From: Terriglobia bacterium
Lineage (GTDB): Bacteria; Acidobacteriota; Terriglobia; JAJPHL01; JAPKYU01
Length of the DNA: 64,000 nucleotides
NCBI GenBank assembly: GCA_965218055.1
Contig: CBDCKA010000002.1
Span: forward strand, 745,619 to 809,618
Direction: 5' to 3'
A program made the translations under genes and the position numbers. The notes under the pieces were generated by a model, which saw nothing but the letters and a program-made list of their open reading frames with translations, ran no database searches and was not told where the DNA came from. Positions within the stretch are counted from its first letter, which is position 1; each line of letters begins with the position of its first letter. This document shows, in pieces, positions 44,920-55,494 of this stretch.

Positions 44920-46278
44920 ATGGCAACACCGGGTCCGCAGTCGTTGGTCAAGTCTCCACCCACCGGGTGGGTGGATTCCTTGCGCTCAATCGGGCCTGGC
45001 GTGATTATCGTTGGAACAATCGTCGGCAGCGGCGAACTCGTAGCGACCACCCTGCTCGGCGCCAAGGTAGGATTTGTCCTCCTTTGGTTGATCGTTGTTT
45101 CGTGCCTAGTCAAGGTGATCATTCAAGAGCAATGGGCCTATTACGTGATCACCTCAGGAGGCACCCTGCTAGACGCCACTTCCCTTCTTCCCGGCCCACG
45201 CGTACGCGGACTCTCGTTGTGGACCTGGCTACTGTTCCTTTATTTCATCCTCAACATTGTGGCAGGAGCTGGTGTGGTTGGGATGGCTGCGACCACGGCG
45301 GCACTGGCGACCGGCGTGGGAAGCGTCCCCTTTTGGGCCCTGGCGCTTACCGCTCTCGCCATCATATTCCTGTGGTTCGGCACCTACGCCCGGATCGAAA
45401 AACTGTTCATTTTGATGGTCGCTTTGTTCTCGTTTTCCATGTCCATCGCTCTAGTGTTGACGCAGAGCACGGAGCTAGCTATTCGCTGGTCGGAACTGAT
45501 TTCCGGACTACGGTTTGAACTGCCGCCCGCAGGAATGTACATCGCGCTCTCCGCATTCGGCCTCACCGGCGTCGGCGCGCCGGAAATTATCTTTTACACT
45601 TATTGGTGTCAGGAAAAAGGCTACGCCCGTTACATCGGACCGCCCGAAGAAACTCCGGAGTGGCGGGAGCGCGCGCGGGGCTGGATTGCTGTCATGCGGA
45701 GAGACATCATGGTCTCTGCTGCCATTTACACTCTGAACACGATTGTGTTTTATCTACTCGGGGCAGCCATTTTGCACCGCACCCGACCTGATGCAGCGAA
45801 CCTGGAGGGCCTGGACGTTGCTTTGGCCCTCTCGAAGATTTTCACGGAGTCCTTCGGGCAGTGGAGTTTCGTGATCTTCATGACTGGCGCTTTTTGGGTC
45901 CTGTACTCTACCTTTGTCGGTGCCTGCGCGTCCTGGGCGCGCTTCAGTGCCGACTTTTCTAAGAAGCTCGGCCTTTTCTCGGCGACCGATCCTGCTCAGT
46001 GGGGCTGGTGGTGCAAGTGGTTCTCAATCTCCCTGGCCGCAATTTTCCTGCTGGTATTCTTCCTCGTCCGGACTCCGGTAGCTCTGATCCTGCTTGGTGG
46101 AGTCATACACGCCGTGTTTCTTCCACTGCTGGGACTTTCAGTGATCTATCTGTTCCACCGGCGCGGCCGGCAAGGTCTGACTCCGGGGCCTCACGCGAGG
46201 GTCATTTCGTTGATCTGCAGCGCCATCATACTCTTGGTAGTGATTTGCACGCTCTATCTGCAGACGGGTGGCGCCTGA
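44920..46278 (+). CDS. NRAMP-related membrane transporter with a non-canonical TM1 motif.
   Basis: GPGVIIVGTIVGSGELVATTLLGAKVGFVLLW aligns with MntH [32 protein letters not shown]. DPGN is replaced by GSGE. There are about 11 hydrophobic segments and an AGGAG ribosome-binding site. Confidence 0.65.
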   Translation: MATPGPQSLVKSPPTGWVDSLRSIGPGVIIVGTIVGSGELVATTLLGAKVGFVLLWLIVVSCLVKVIIQEQWAYYVITSGGTLLDATSLLPGPRVRGLSLWTWLLFLYFILNIVAGAGVVGMAATTAALATGVGSVPFWALALTALAIIFLWFGTYARIEKLFILMVALFSFSMSIALVLTQSTELAIRWSELISGLRFELPPAGMYIALSAFGLTGVGAPEIIFYTYWCQEKGYARYIGPPEETPEWRERARGWIAVMRRDIMVSAAIYTLNTIVFYLLGAAILHRTRPDAANLEGLDVALALSKIFTESFGQWSFVIFMTGAFWVLYSTFVGACASWARFSADFSKKLGLFSATDPAQWGWWCKWFSISLAAIFLLVFFLVRTPVALILLGGVIHAVFLPLLGLSVIYLFHRRGRQGLTPGPHARVISLICSAIILLVVICTLYLQTGGA

Positions 46279-46359
46279 CTTGCCTGTGGCAGAAATGTGG
46301 CAGCGGGGTGCCTTTCCTGGCCTGTCTTGTCAACTGAGCTCGGGACATCCCCGTCACCG

Positions 46360-47769
46360 TCAATATCCCCTCATTTCATATATCTTTTGAACAACATCAT
46401 AATAAGCCCTTGCGCCAATCAAATGGAATCCCATGAACATTAGAGGCGTCATGTCAGCCTTAATCATTCGTCCGATGAACTGTGAGTTCAACATGTACTG
46501 CGCGAGCGGGTACAGCACTCCCGTCGTGGGGCAAATCTTCCTATTCTGGCCACCAACCTCAAGCGCACCCTCTCGCTCAGGAGAATAAGTATTAATATGC
46601 CAATCCGCTATGTTCGATAACTCCTCAGTCCCGCTGCCTTCGGTTATCGGACCAATATAAATGACCTTAAGCCCGGCGCGCTTAAATTCCTTCGCGGCAT
46701 CAATGTTCTCCTTTGAATCTGATGTTTCACTTGCTATGAAGACGAAGTCGCCAGGCTTGCCTTTCGTCTTAAGTTCCCCTGTGCCATCTGGATGTAGGAG
46801 ATGCCCGGTCCGGTGGATCAGGCGGCTCATTGCAAGACCAGACGCACGATTTGTATTTTCCGTCACCATGATTGCCCATGGCAACTCGTCGTTCGTCACA
46901 GGATCGCGTCTTACTGGATAGTTCCAGTAGTGCGCGCCCTGGCTCACATATTCAACCATTGCCTTTGCGACAGCGTCGATATGATTAATATCATTGGCAA
47001 CTTTCCGTCCACGGTCCTTTATGAGCTCAATATATTCAGTCGCCTTATCCGTGGCTCCCATTGCGCCTCCGCCCCTGTGCCGCATCGCTATTTCAGCAGT
47101 AAGCATCCAATAAAAGTTGTGCATTCCCTGAGGAGCTATCGGACATGCTCTGACCGCGGGAATCTCAGGAATGTATAGCACCCCATCTGTGAATGGTACT
47201 CCGGATGTGAGAACTATGTCAGAGCATTCCTCTGGCATGAGAGTGTCCTCGAACACTGGATTTGTCGCGAGCTCGTTCATGGCCAGAACCCCCTTCGGAG
47301 TGGTGTGGTTAGGATAGTAAGGAACCCTAAGCCCCACTGTGAAGGCGCCCCGGTCACGCGTCTTCTTAGTGTGTAGCCTCGGAAAGTCGGATAGAAGGAA
47401 GTCACCACTCCCAATCACATCAAACTTCTCCGCCTCAACATGTCGTGACCAATGATGAAGATAATCAGGATTGCCTGGTCGCGACCGTCTTAGCTCTGCA
47501 CGGTGCATATGTCCACCAGTAATCTGACAATAGATCTTCTTCTTACTTCTTAGCGATGTAACCGCTCGATCTGCGGCTTCAGCGATAATGGGAAGTTCAG
47601 TTGTAGCAATCCGGTTCCATATTTGTTCAGCCTTTTCGTAATACTGGATTCCGTATGGCTTCTCATTGGCGGTTGTTCTTTGTAGAGCCCGACTTCCTTT
47701 GAGATCGTGCGTGCTCAAGGCCACCGTCAGTGCTCCCGCACTGACTTTAACGAAGTCTCGTCTTTGCAT
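46360..47769 (-). CDS. Tat-signal secreted protein of unknown function. The gene has markedly lower GC, about 45%.
   Basis: MQRRDFVKVSAGALTVAL twin-arginine motif. Long ORF. No family recognised. Confidence 0.5.
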   Translation of the reverse strand: MQRRDFVKVSAGALTVALSTHDLKGSRALQRTTANEKPYGIQYYEKAEQIWNRIATTELPIIAEAADRAVTSLRSKKKIYCQITGGHMHRAELRRSRPGNPDYLHHWSRHVEAEKFDVIGSGDFLLSDFPRLHTKKTRDRGAFTVGLRVPYYPNHTTPKGVLAMNELATNPVFEDTLMPEECSDIVLTSGVPFTDGVLYIPEIPAVRACPIAPQGMHNFYWMLTAEIAMRHRGGGAMGATDKATEYIELIKDRGRKVANDINHIDAVAKAMVEYVSQGAHYWNYPVRRDPVTNDELPWAIMVTENTNRASGLAMSRLIHRTGHLLHPDGTGELKTKGKPGDFVFIASETSDSKENIDAAKEFKRAGLKVIYIGPITEGSGTEELSNIADWHINTYSPEREGALEVGGQNRKICPTTGVLYPLAQYMLNSQFIGRMIKADMTPLMFMGFHLIGARAYYDVVQKIYEMRGY

Positions 47770-47976
47770 TTGTCTGTCTCCTTTACGCCTCCGGTGGCAG
47801 TGTTTTACCACCGTGGGATCGAAGCTACAAGCACTTTCGTCGTGCTTGTCTACTCCGGAAGTTCCCTTCCGAGCCGACCGCACGCCAGAGCTAGAGCAAT
47901 TCATTTCATCCCTTTACCAGATCACCGTGCATGGGCAGGTTCGGCATTTGACGCCGTTGTGCGCGTCTGGATTGGC

Positions 47977-48006
47977 TTGACAACGCGGATTCACTGGGTC
48001 CATTAT
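47977..48006 (+). promoter_or_regulatory. Candidate sigma70-like promoter (TTGACA, N18, CATTAT) upstream of the cytochrome c / PQQ dehydrogenase operon.
   Basis: Hexamers read from sequence. Weak. Confidence 0.2.
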
Positions 48007-48068
48007 CGCCTCCCCGCATTGTGTGCGGTGCGCCTACGCTACTGGGTGAGAGCGAGAGGGAGAATACG

Positions 48069-48929
48069 ATGCTCACAAACGGTGGCTTCTGTGGCCGAGC
48101 CAGAACGCTGGTGCTGACGCTACCGATCCTGCTGTTTGCGTTTTTGAGTGCAGCGAGCGCGGCGCAAGGCGCCGCCGCTGCTGCCCGGGAGAAAGAAGTC
48201 AAGAATCCGGTGGCAGGGGATCCCGCGGCAATCCACCAAGGCAAAGCTCTGTTCCGGCTATTTTGCAGCATGTGCCATGGGCTGGATGCAAGCGGTGGGA
48301 GCCGCGGTCCGGATCTTACCGCGGGGCGCTGGACACACGGCAGCAGCGACGCCGGCGTCTTTCGAACCATCCGAGAGGGCGTACCGGGTACGGAGATGCC
48401 GGGGAATGGGTTACTGCTGGAGGAAGAGGTCTGGTCGGTAGTTGCCTATCTGCGTAGTCGGAGCGCTGCTTCGGCGGCGCCGGTTGAGGGCAATCACGAG
48501 GCCGGCGAGCGGATCTTCTTCGGTTCTGGGATCTGCTCCCAGTGCCACATGGTGAATGGCAAGGGAGGCCGCCTGGGGCCGGATTTGTCCCGCATTGGGG
48601 CTGCCCGCCACCCCCAGCAACTCGCCGAATCCATTCGCGACCCTAACAAAGAGGTTACCGTGCGCGACATCCTAGCGGAGGTCACCTTGGGATTCCAGAC
48701 GGTCATCGTGGTGACCAAGGGCGGTCGGCGCATCACGGGCGTGCGCCGCAACGAAGACATCTTTTCTATCCAGCTCATGGACCAGGATGAGGAGATTCAC
48801 CTGCTTTTGAAGAAAGACCTCCGGGAGGTGATCTACGAGCGCAGATCCCTGATGCCGGGGTACACCGAGCAGATCCTGAGCGACAAGGAGTTGCAGAACT
48901 TGTTAGCCTATCTGGACAGATTGCGTTGA
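48069..48929 (+). CDS. Diheme c-type cytochrome, the probable electron acceptor of the downstream quinoprotein dehydrogenase.
   Basis: Two CxxCH motifs (CSMCH, CSQCH), a signal peptide and a GAGGGAG ribosome-binding site. Confidence 0.7.
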   Translation: MLTNGGFCGRARTLVLTLPILLFAFLSAASAAQGAAAAAREKEVKNPVAGDPAAIHQGKALFRLFCSMCHGLDASGGSRGPDLTAGRWTHGSSDAGVFRTIREGVPGTEMPGNGLLLEEEVWSVVAYLRSRSAASAAPVEGNHEAGERIFFGSGICSQCHMVNGKGGRLGPDLSRIGAARHPQQLAESIRDPNKEVTVRDILAEVTLGFQTVIVVTKGGRRITGVRRNEDIFSIQLMDQDEEIHLLLKKDLREVIYERRSLMPGYTEQILSDKELQNLLAYLDRLR

Positions 48930-48988
48930 GGATGAGCAACCAAGGAAGATGGCGAGATGGGAGCAAGAAACTTGGAGGGAAAAACGGT

Positions 48989-50621
48989 TTGAAAACATAC
49001 GCGCTCTTCCTCGGCCTGTGGCTTGCTGGCGCGGGCGCCATTAGCGTTTGGGCGCAGGTCAGCTACGAGCGGCTGCTGAAAGCAGCCGATGAGCCGCACA
49101 ACTGGTTCACCTACTCCGGCGACTACAGCGGTCAGCGCTACAACCTGCTGAAACAGATTCACACCGGCAACGTAGAGCACCTGGCCGTACGGTGGGTCTT
49201 TCAGACCGGAGCGACCGGCCATTTTCAGGCTACCCCGCTGGTCATTGACGGCATCATGTACCTGACCGGGCAGGAGAACCGCGCCTTCGCTCTGGACGCT
49301 CGCACCGGGCGCGCCATCTGGCGCTACCAGCGTACCCTGCCCCAGAATCTTCCCCTTTGCTGTGGATGGATCAACCGCGGCTTTGCGGCGCTGGGCGACA
49401 AAGTGTTCAATGGCCACCCTCGACGCGCACGTCATGGCGCTGGACGCGAAGACCGGCAGCGTCGTTTGGGACGTGGAGGCCGTGGACTACCGCAAGGGGT
49501 ACATCTTTACCTCGGCGCCGCTGGTGGTCAAGGACAAGGTCGTTGTGGGGATATCCGGGGGCGAGTATGGGACTCGCGGGTTTATTGACGCCTACGAGGC
49601 GGAGACCGGTAAGCGCGCCTGGCGGTTCTACGCCATCCCCGGCCCGGAAGAGCCCGGCAACAAGACCTGGGCGGGAGATTCCTGGAAAACGGGCGGCGCG
49701 CCGGCCTGGCTGATCGGCAGCTACGATCCGGAGCTGAACCTGATTTACTGGGGCATCGGCAATCCCGGGCCCGACTTCTACGGCGGAGATCGCAAAGGGG
49801 ACAACCTGTACAGCAACTCTGTGGTGGCGCTGGATGCCGACACGGGGAAGTTAAAGTGGCATTTCCAGTTCACCCCGCACGACTTGCACGACCGGGACGC
49901 TGTGCAAATCCCGGTGCTGCTGGACCTGGAGTATCAGGGCCGGCCGCGAAAGCTGATGGCCTGGGCTAATCGCAATGGCTTTTTTTACCTGCTGGACCGC
50001 ACCGACGGTAAGTTCCTATTCGGCAAACCGTTTATCCACGTGACCTGGGCCAAGGAAATTGGTCCGGATGGCCGTCCCGTGCGGCTCCCAAACAGCGATC
50101 CGACCCCGGAAGGCACTTACATTTGTCCTGGGCCGACGGGAGGCACCAACTGGATGTCTCCCTCGTTTCACCCGCAAACCGGCTATTTCTATGTGACCGC
50201 CCGCGAAGAGTGCGCCATCTATTTCAGCTCGCCGCAGAAATTCCGGGAAGGGCAGTGGTTTTTCGGCAGCGCGGCCCAGGTCAAAGCTGACGAGAAATCT
50301 TGGGGAGCCCTGCGTGCTATTGATCCCCTGACGGGGGAAATCAAGTGGGAATTCAAATACCACTCGCCTTCCTGGGGAGGCACGCTGACGACCGCGGGCA
50401 GATTGGTCTTCGCCGGCGAGCAGGATGGGTACCTAATGGCCTTCGACGCTAAGACCGGAAAGCACCTCTGGCACTTGCAGACCGGCTCCCCCATCAGGGC
50501 CGCGCCGATGACCTATGCGCTGGACGGCAAGCAGTATGTGGTTATCCCCTCCGGAAGCGCCCTGTTCGCCCTGGCGTTGCCTGACAACGTCCTCGCCGAA
50601 GGAGGTTTGGGGAAACGCTAG
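48989..50621 (+). CDS. PQQ-dependent alcohol/methanol dehydrogenase family protein (8-bladed propeller). It is interrupted by a +1 frameshift near 49405-49420, from either an authentic pseudogene or a sequencing error.
   Basis: ORFs 48926-49588 and 49362-50621 join as ...CCGWINRGFAALGDKVF / MATLDAHVMALDAKTG if one A is removed from gtgttcaatgg. It has the vicinal CC disulfide and the propeller W motifs. Confidence 0.7.
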
Positions 50622-50673
50622 GCCACGGACGCACCTATACCCACGGCAGCCAGTTGCAGCGGGACGAGCATCG

Positions 50674-51810
50674 TCACCTGCCGTTCACGCTGAGGGGGAG
50701 GCGGACCACCAGGTTGCGCCCCGGACCGATGTGCAGGTTGGTGAGTTCCAGTTCCAGTTCCAAGCGCTGGCTGCCTTCGGGCGCCTCGCTGTTGATGCTT
50801 GGAAACAGCAGGGAGGTGCCTTCGGCGGCGATAACGTTGGTCTCGATGCTGAACCAAGCAGGCGCCTGCCGGATGCGAAAGTGGAAGGGAATGGCGGAGT
50901 TGTTGTGGACGCGAAGGACTAGGGGAGTGCCGGGGCGATAGCTCAATTCAGGATTCTCCACCCTCACCGCTCCCTGCCAGAGCCCGCGTAGGAACTGCTC
51001 GGCGCCCCAGAGCTGGCCACCCATCCAGGCTGCCGTGCGGCGGGCGAACAGTGCCTCGCGCACGCCAGCGGCATCCGGCGTGCGCACAAACAGCAGCGTG
51101 ATGGGCCGAATCCCGCCAGCGGCGCGGGATGGCATTGGACTATGGATGTCGCTATTGCAAAGAATTGTCAGCTTCTTCTCTTCGATCCACGGATAGGCAC
51201 TGGCATAGAAATCGATCGACGGATAGCCCCTTTCATAAAACTTCTCCCCATTGACCAGTTCCATACCATGAAACAGCTTTTCCTGGTGGGCGGCAGCGAT
51301 GGGCGGGAACCACTCCAGTTTGGGGATGTTCCATTGGGGATGGTTCCAGAAGACAAAGGCGCCCTGGGCGCGCGCCCGGCGCAGCGCCTCGAACAGGTCC
51401 GGCACGTTCAGGGCATTGGGGTCGGTGACGAACAGGGCGTTGAAGTGCGCCGGCCCGTGCTCCAAGGTCTTGGTGATTTCTACCCCCGGGATCAGGATCA
51501 GACCCAACTGCTTGGCCAGGGGACTGGCCAGAGCGTAGGAACGGGTGCCGTCCACCTTCACGTCCTCGGCATGGGGATGATGGTCGGCATGGTCGGTCAG
51601 TGAGATCACATCCAGGCCGTCGCGCCAGGCCTCCATCACCCGCACGGTGGGCCACACCCGGCCGTCGGAGAAGACGGTGTGGATGTGGAAGTCGCCCTTC
51701 AGCGTCTTGTAGCCAGGAAGGTCGGGCACGGGAAGGGGGTCCCGCACCTGGGCCGCGTGCAGGGTTTCCAGCAGTAGAAGCGCAGCGAGCACATGGAGGA
51801 AGACCGTCAT
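50674..51810 (-). CDS. Secreted PHP-domain metal-dependent phosphoesterase.
   Basis: GDFHIHTVFSDG, the PHP HxH...D motif. Signal peptide MTVFLHVLAALLLL. Confidence 0.65.
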   Translation of the reverse strand: MTVFLHVLAALLLLETLHAAQVRDPLPVPDLPGYKTLKGDFHIHTVFSDGRVWPTVRVMEAWRDGLDVISLTDHADHHPHAEDVKVDGTRSYALASPLAKQLGLILIPGVEITKTLEHGPAHFNALFVTDPNALNVPDLFEALRRARAQGAFVFWNHPQWNIPKLEWFPPIAAAHQEKLFHGMELVNGEKFYERGYPSIDFYASAYPWIEEKKLTILCNSDIHSPMPSRAAGGIRPITLLFVRTPDAAGVREALFARRTAAWMGGQLWGAEQFLRGLWQGAVRVENPELSYRPGTPLVLRVHNNSAIPFHFRIRQAPAWFSIETNVIAAEGTSLLFPSINSEAPEGSQRLELELELTNLHIGPGRNLVVRLPLSVNGR

Positions 51811-52183
51811 TGTCGGAGAGGAACGTGGCATCGGGCACCTCAGGCCCGGCGCGCCTGTCTCACGCTCCGAAGCCGCCTCAATTCTATCATCAGCAGCACC
51901 GCTGGTGGCCGGCTGGCCGGGTCGCCACGTTGACCTCTCTGTTGACCTGCCTACTGACGTGGCGTATGATCGCTGGCAAGAAGGAGTTGCTCCCCACGAT
52001 TGTCTAAACCTTGGTCACTACAGCGTCGCCGAGAAACTCAGCGAGGAGGCGAGCGTGTCGTCTATCGCGTGTAACTATGCATCTGAACCGCGGGCCGTCG
52101 GGGCAGGGCGGCTGGCGCATGCTCTTGGGGAAGGGGAAGGTCAAATCGGAGATTCCAGTTTGAATCTCGGGGAGTGCAGATTC

Positions 52184-54274
52184 ATGTTGCACACTAGATA
52201 CGTCGCCGTGGTCATTGTCTTGTCAATTTTCTGCCTTCTTCCCATTCAGGCAATTCAGGCGCGCCCTTCACAGAGCAATGAGGCCCTTGTCCTCGCCTCA
52301 CCCGATGGTGCGATCGAGGTGAACTTTACGATCAAAGAGAAACTGGAGCCTTATCCTTCTGGCCTCCGACTGTACTACGCGGTGTCCTACCGTGGCCGTA
52401 AGGTCGTTCTTGATTCCCCTCTCGGCCTTGATTTCCAAGAGATGCCGCCATTGGCTCGCGATCTGGTCGTACAACAGACCTCACGGCGAACCGTCAATGA
52501 AAGATGGGCTCCTGTAGTTCCGAGCAAGAGGAGCAGCGTTGTTGATAATTTTAACGAACTCCGCATCGACTTGCGGGAAGCACATTCACCGCATCGCAGT
52601 CTCGGCCTGGTGTGCCGCGCCTATGATGACGGCATCGCCTTCCGCTATGTGCTTCCGGAGCAGACGGGCGTAGATGAGTTTCGTTTGACGTCGGAGCGGA
52701 CGCAATTTCATTTTGCGGGAAATCATACCGTCTGGGCAGCGGACTACAAGGAGTTCGTGTCTTATCATGAGGCGGAGTTTCGCGAGAGCCCTTTGAACCA
52801 GATTTCTCCCGAGGCCGTCATTGAACCGCCCTTGCTGGTTCGGGTTGCGGAGGACGTCTGGGTCGCCGTCGCCGAGGCGAATTTGCGGGACTGGGCCGGT
52901 ATGTACCTGACAGGGATGGGAGCGATACCCAACGTCCTCGTGACGACGCTCTCACCCCGTCGCGATGAGCCTGGTGTTCTTGTGCGCGGCAAGGTTCCTC
53001 ATCAGTCTCCCTGGCGCTTGCTGATGATCGGGCAGCGGCCGGGCGACCTAATTGAATCGGACATTGTGATGAACCTGAGCGAGCCCTCTACCCTAGAAGA
53101 CCCCTCCTGGATCACTCCAGGCAAGTCGGCTTGGGACCATTGGTGGAGCGATTATGCTCCCGATGCGAATTTCAAGGTCGGCGTCAATACTGAGACGATC
53201 AAGTACTTCACGGAGTTTGCAAGCGAGATGGGATTTGAGTATGTTCTGGTGGATGGGCAGTGGTACGCACCTCTTGTAGACCCGACACTAGAAATCCCAA
53301 CAGAATGGCGGGAGGAGATCCAGGCATCCAGGATCGCCGGAATGACACTACATGCAAATGCCGATATTACCAGAGCCGTTCCTGAGCTCGACATGCCGGA
53401 GGTCATCCGACATGCCAAAGAGCGGAACGTGAAAGTCATGCTCTGGCTACACTGGAGGCATGTTGACGGACAAATGGAGGATGCATTCCCACTCTATGAG
53501 AAGTGGGGAATCGCCGGTGTCAAGATTGATTTTATGACGCACAACGATCAGGAGATGGTGAACTGGTATCCTCGCGTCCTGAAAAAGGCTGCCGAGCACC
53601 ACCTGGTGGTGAATTTTCATACTGCCTACAGGCCGACAGGCCTCCGCCGCACCTATCCAAATCTACTGACGTGCGAGGATGTTCTGGGAAACGAACACAA
53701 CAAATTTAGCGGCCGGATTACCCCCGAGCACACGGTGACGGTCCCCTTCACGCGAATGCTGACCGGGCCGATGGATTTCACGCCGGGAGGTTTCCGGCAC
53801 GCGACTCCTGAACGCTTTCGTGCCCAACGCTCGGCGCCCTTCGTCATGGGCACGCGCATTCACCAGCTGGCGATGATGGTGGTCTATGAAAGCCCATTGC
53901 AAGTACTCTGCGATAGCCCCTTCAACTATCGCGGGCAGGCTGGGCTGGAGTTTCTGCGAGCCGTCCCCACGGTTTGGGACGAGACAAAAGTCCTCGAAGG
54001 CAGCGTGGGCGATTTCATCGTCATCGCGCGGCGAAGGGGAGATACCTGGTTCCTCGGGGGGATGAGTGATGAGGAATCGCGCACCCTTGATGTTTCTCTT
54101 GCGTTCTTGGGTGCAGGCCCGTATTTAGCTCACATATTCGCTGATGCGCCGGACGCCGGGGATTACCCAGACCGAGTGAAAGAAGAGAGACGCACGGTCA
54201 CATCCGAGGACAAACTAGCTATTACGATGGCTCCCGCGGGTGGGTACGCCGCCATCCTATCTGCCGCTCGATGA
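52184..54274 (+). CDS. Glycoside hydrolase family 97-like protein (alpha-glucosidase/alpha-galactosidase).
   Basis: Signal peptide MLHTRYVAVVIVLSIFCLLPIQA. GH97-like N-terminal beta-sandwich and TIM-barrel segments (LVDGQWY, WLHW, DFMTHNDQEMVNWY). Confidence 0.7.
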   Translation: MLHTRYVAVVIVLSIFCLLPIQAIQARPSQSNEALVLASPDGAIEVNFTIKEKLEPYPSGLRLYYAVSYRGRKVVLDSPLGLDFQEMPPLARDLVVQQTSRRTVNERWAPVVPSKRSSVVDNFNELRIDLREAHSPHRSLGLVCRAYDDGIAFRYVLPEQTGVDEFRLTSERTQFHFAGNHTVWAADYKEFVSYHEAEFRESPLNQISPEAVIEPPLLVRVAEDVWVAVAEANLRDWAGMYLTGMGAIPNVLVTTLSPRRDEPGVLVRGKVPHQSPWRLLMIGQRPGDLIESDIVMNLSEPSTLEDPSWITPGKSAWDHWWSDYAPDANFKVGVNTETIKYFTEFASEMGFEYVLVDGQWYAPLVDPTLEIPTEWREEIQASRIAGMTLHANADITRAVPELDMPEVIRHAKERNVKVMLWLHWRHVDGQMEDAFPLYEKWGIAGVKIDFMTHNDQEMVNWYPRVLKKAAEHHLVVNFHTAYRPTGLRRTYPNLLTCEDVLGNEHNKFSGRITPEHTVTVPFTRMLTGPMDFTPGGFRHATPERFRAQRSAPFVMGTRIHQLAMMVVYESPLQVLCDSPFNYRGQAGLEFLRAVPTVWDETKVLEGSVGDFIVIARRRGDTWFLGGMSDEESRTLDVSLAFLGAGPYLAHIFADAPDAGDYPDRVKEERRTVTSEDKLAITMAPAGGYAAILSAAR

Positions 54275-54294
54275 GGCTCGATTGTTTCCTTGGC

Positions 54295-55494
54295 TCAACG
54301 GTGCGACTGGCGGAGGAGGAGGGATTCGGTCCCCACTTCCGGTCTGAAGGCACCTAAGTTATAGGAACCATCCAGGTTTCCAGACCAGAAGGAACTGATC
54401 AGCCGGTTGACCTTGGCGGAAGCTTCCATCTGCACCATGTGGCCGCTGCCGGCAATGATCTCGGTGCGGACGTTTCCCGGCAGGCTTTGAGCCTGGGACA
54501 CAGGCAAAATCCGGTCTTCGCCGCCCCAAATCACCAGGGCAGGCACCGGTAACTCGCCGAGCCGATCACGCAGCACCACCACCTGCTGGCCGCCAGGACA
54601 GAACTGAGCGGCGATGGTGCGCAAAGCCCGGTCCACGCCATCCACCCGCTTGTACTTGAGGGTGTCGTCCACGAGCTGCCGGCTGACCAGCGAGGGATTG
54701 GCGAACAGCTTCTCCAGGTGCGGCTTGATCTCCTTGCGCCTACCGGCGTTCACGAAGCCGTTGATGTAGTCGCCGTCAATCTCCAGACCCAGGCCGGCGC
54801 TGGCGATCAACACAAGCGACAGGGTGCGGTCGGGGTGGGCGAGAGCGAACCCCAGAGCAACGGCTCCTCCCATCGAGTGACCCACTAGGTGCCCTTTCGA
54901 CACCCCCACAGCATCCATGAAGCCGCCCAGCGCTCTGCTGAACTCCACGAGGATGCCGTCGCCGACGTTCTTTGACGAGCCTCCGTGCCCCGGCAGGTCC
55001 AGCGCATAAACGGCGCGGTCTGCGGACAGCGGCTCATGATTGAACAGCCAGCTATTCAGGTCGCCACCGAAACCGTGAATCAGGATGGCCGGGTCCCCGC
55101 CTTCCCCGCGCCTCAGATAGCGCAAGGTCTGGCCATGCACTTCGGCGGTCTCCGGTTTGGGACCGGCAACTTCTTCCTCGGCTTCCTCGGGAACAAAACG
55201 GGCCTGAAACTCGGCAATGAAGGCGTCGATTTCCGAGTCGGGAACCGAAGCGTCGGCAATCACTCCAACGAGGCCGGCGACCGGCACCACCTGGCCGGGC
55301 CTGGCCACCTGGCGGCGCAGGATGCCTGCCTGGGGAGCTTCCAGTGAGCTTGCGATTTTCTCAGTTTCGATCTCGACCACCTCAACGCCCGGCTGCACCT
55401 CGGCCCCCTCTTCAACAAGCCAGTCGCCCACCTTGCCCTCCTTCATGGAGAGTCCCCATTTGGGCATGGTGAGCTTTTGGATGCCGTCGCTCAT
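54295..55494 (-). CDS. acoC: Acetoin dehydrogenase E2-like component: a lipoyl domain fused to an alpha/beta-hydrolase fold (AcoC type).
   Basis: Lipoyl domain with VEIETEKIASS. Hydrolase elbow GHSMGG. Last gene of the aco operon. Confidence 0.8.
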   Translation of the reverse strand: MSDGIQKLTMPKWGLSMKEGKVGDWLVEEGAEVQPGVEVVEIETEKIASSLEAPQAGILRRQVARPGQVVPVAGLVGVIADASVPDSEIDAFIAEFQARFVPEEAEEEVAGPKPETAEVHGQTLRYLRRGEGGDPAILIHGFGGDLNSWLFNHEPLSADRAVYALDLPGHGGSSKNVGDGILVEFSRALGGFMDAVGVSKGHLVGHSMGGAVALGFALAHPDRTLSLVLIASAGLGLEIDGDYINGFVNAGRRKEIKPHLEKLFANPSLVSRQLVDDTLKYKRVDGVDRALRTIAAQFCPGGQQVVVLRDRLGELPVPALVIWGGEDRILPVSQAQSLPGNVRTEIIAGSGHMVQMEASAKVNRLISSFWSGNLDGSYNLGAFRPEVGTESLLLRQSHR

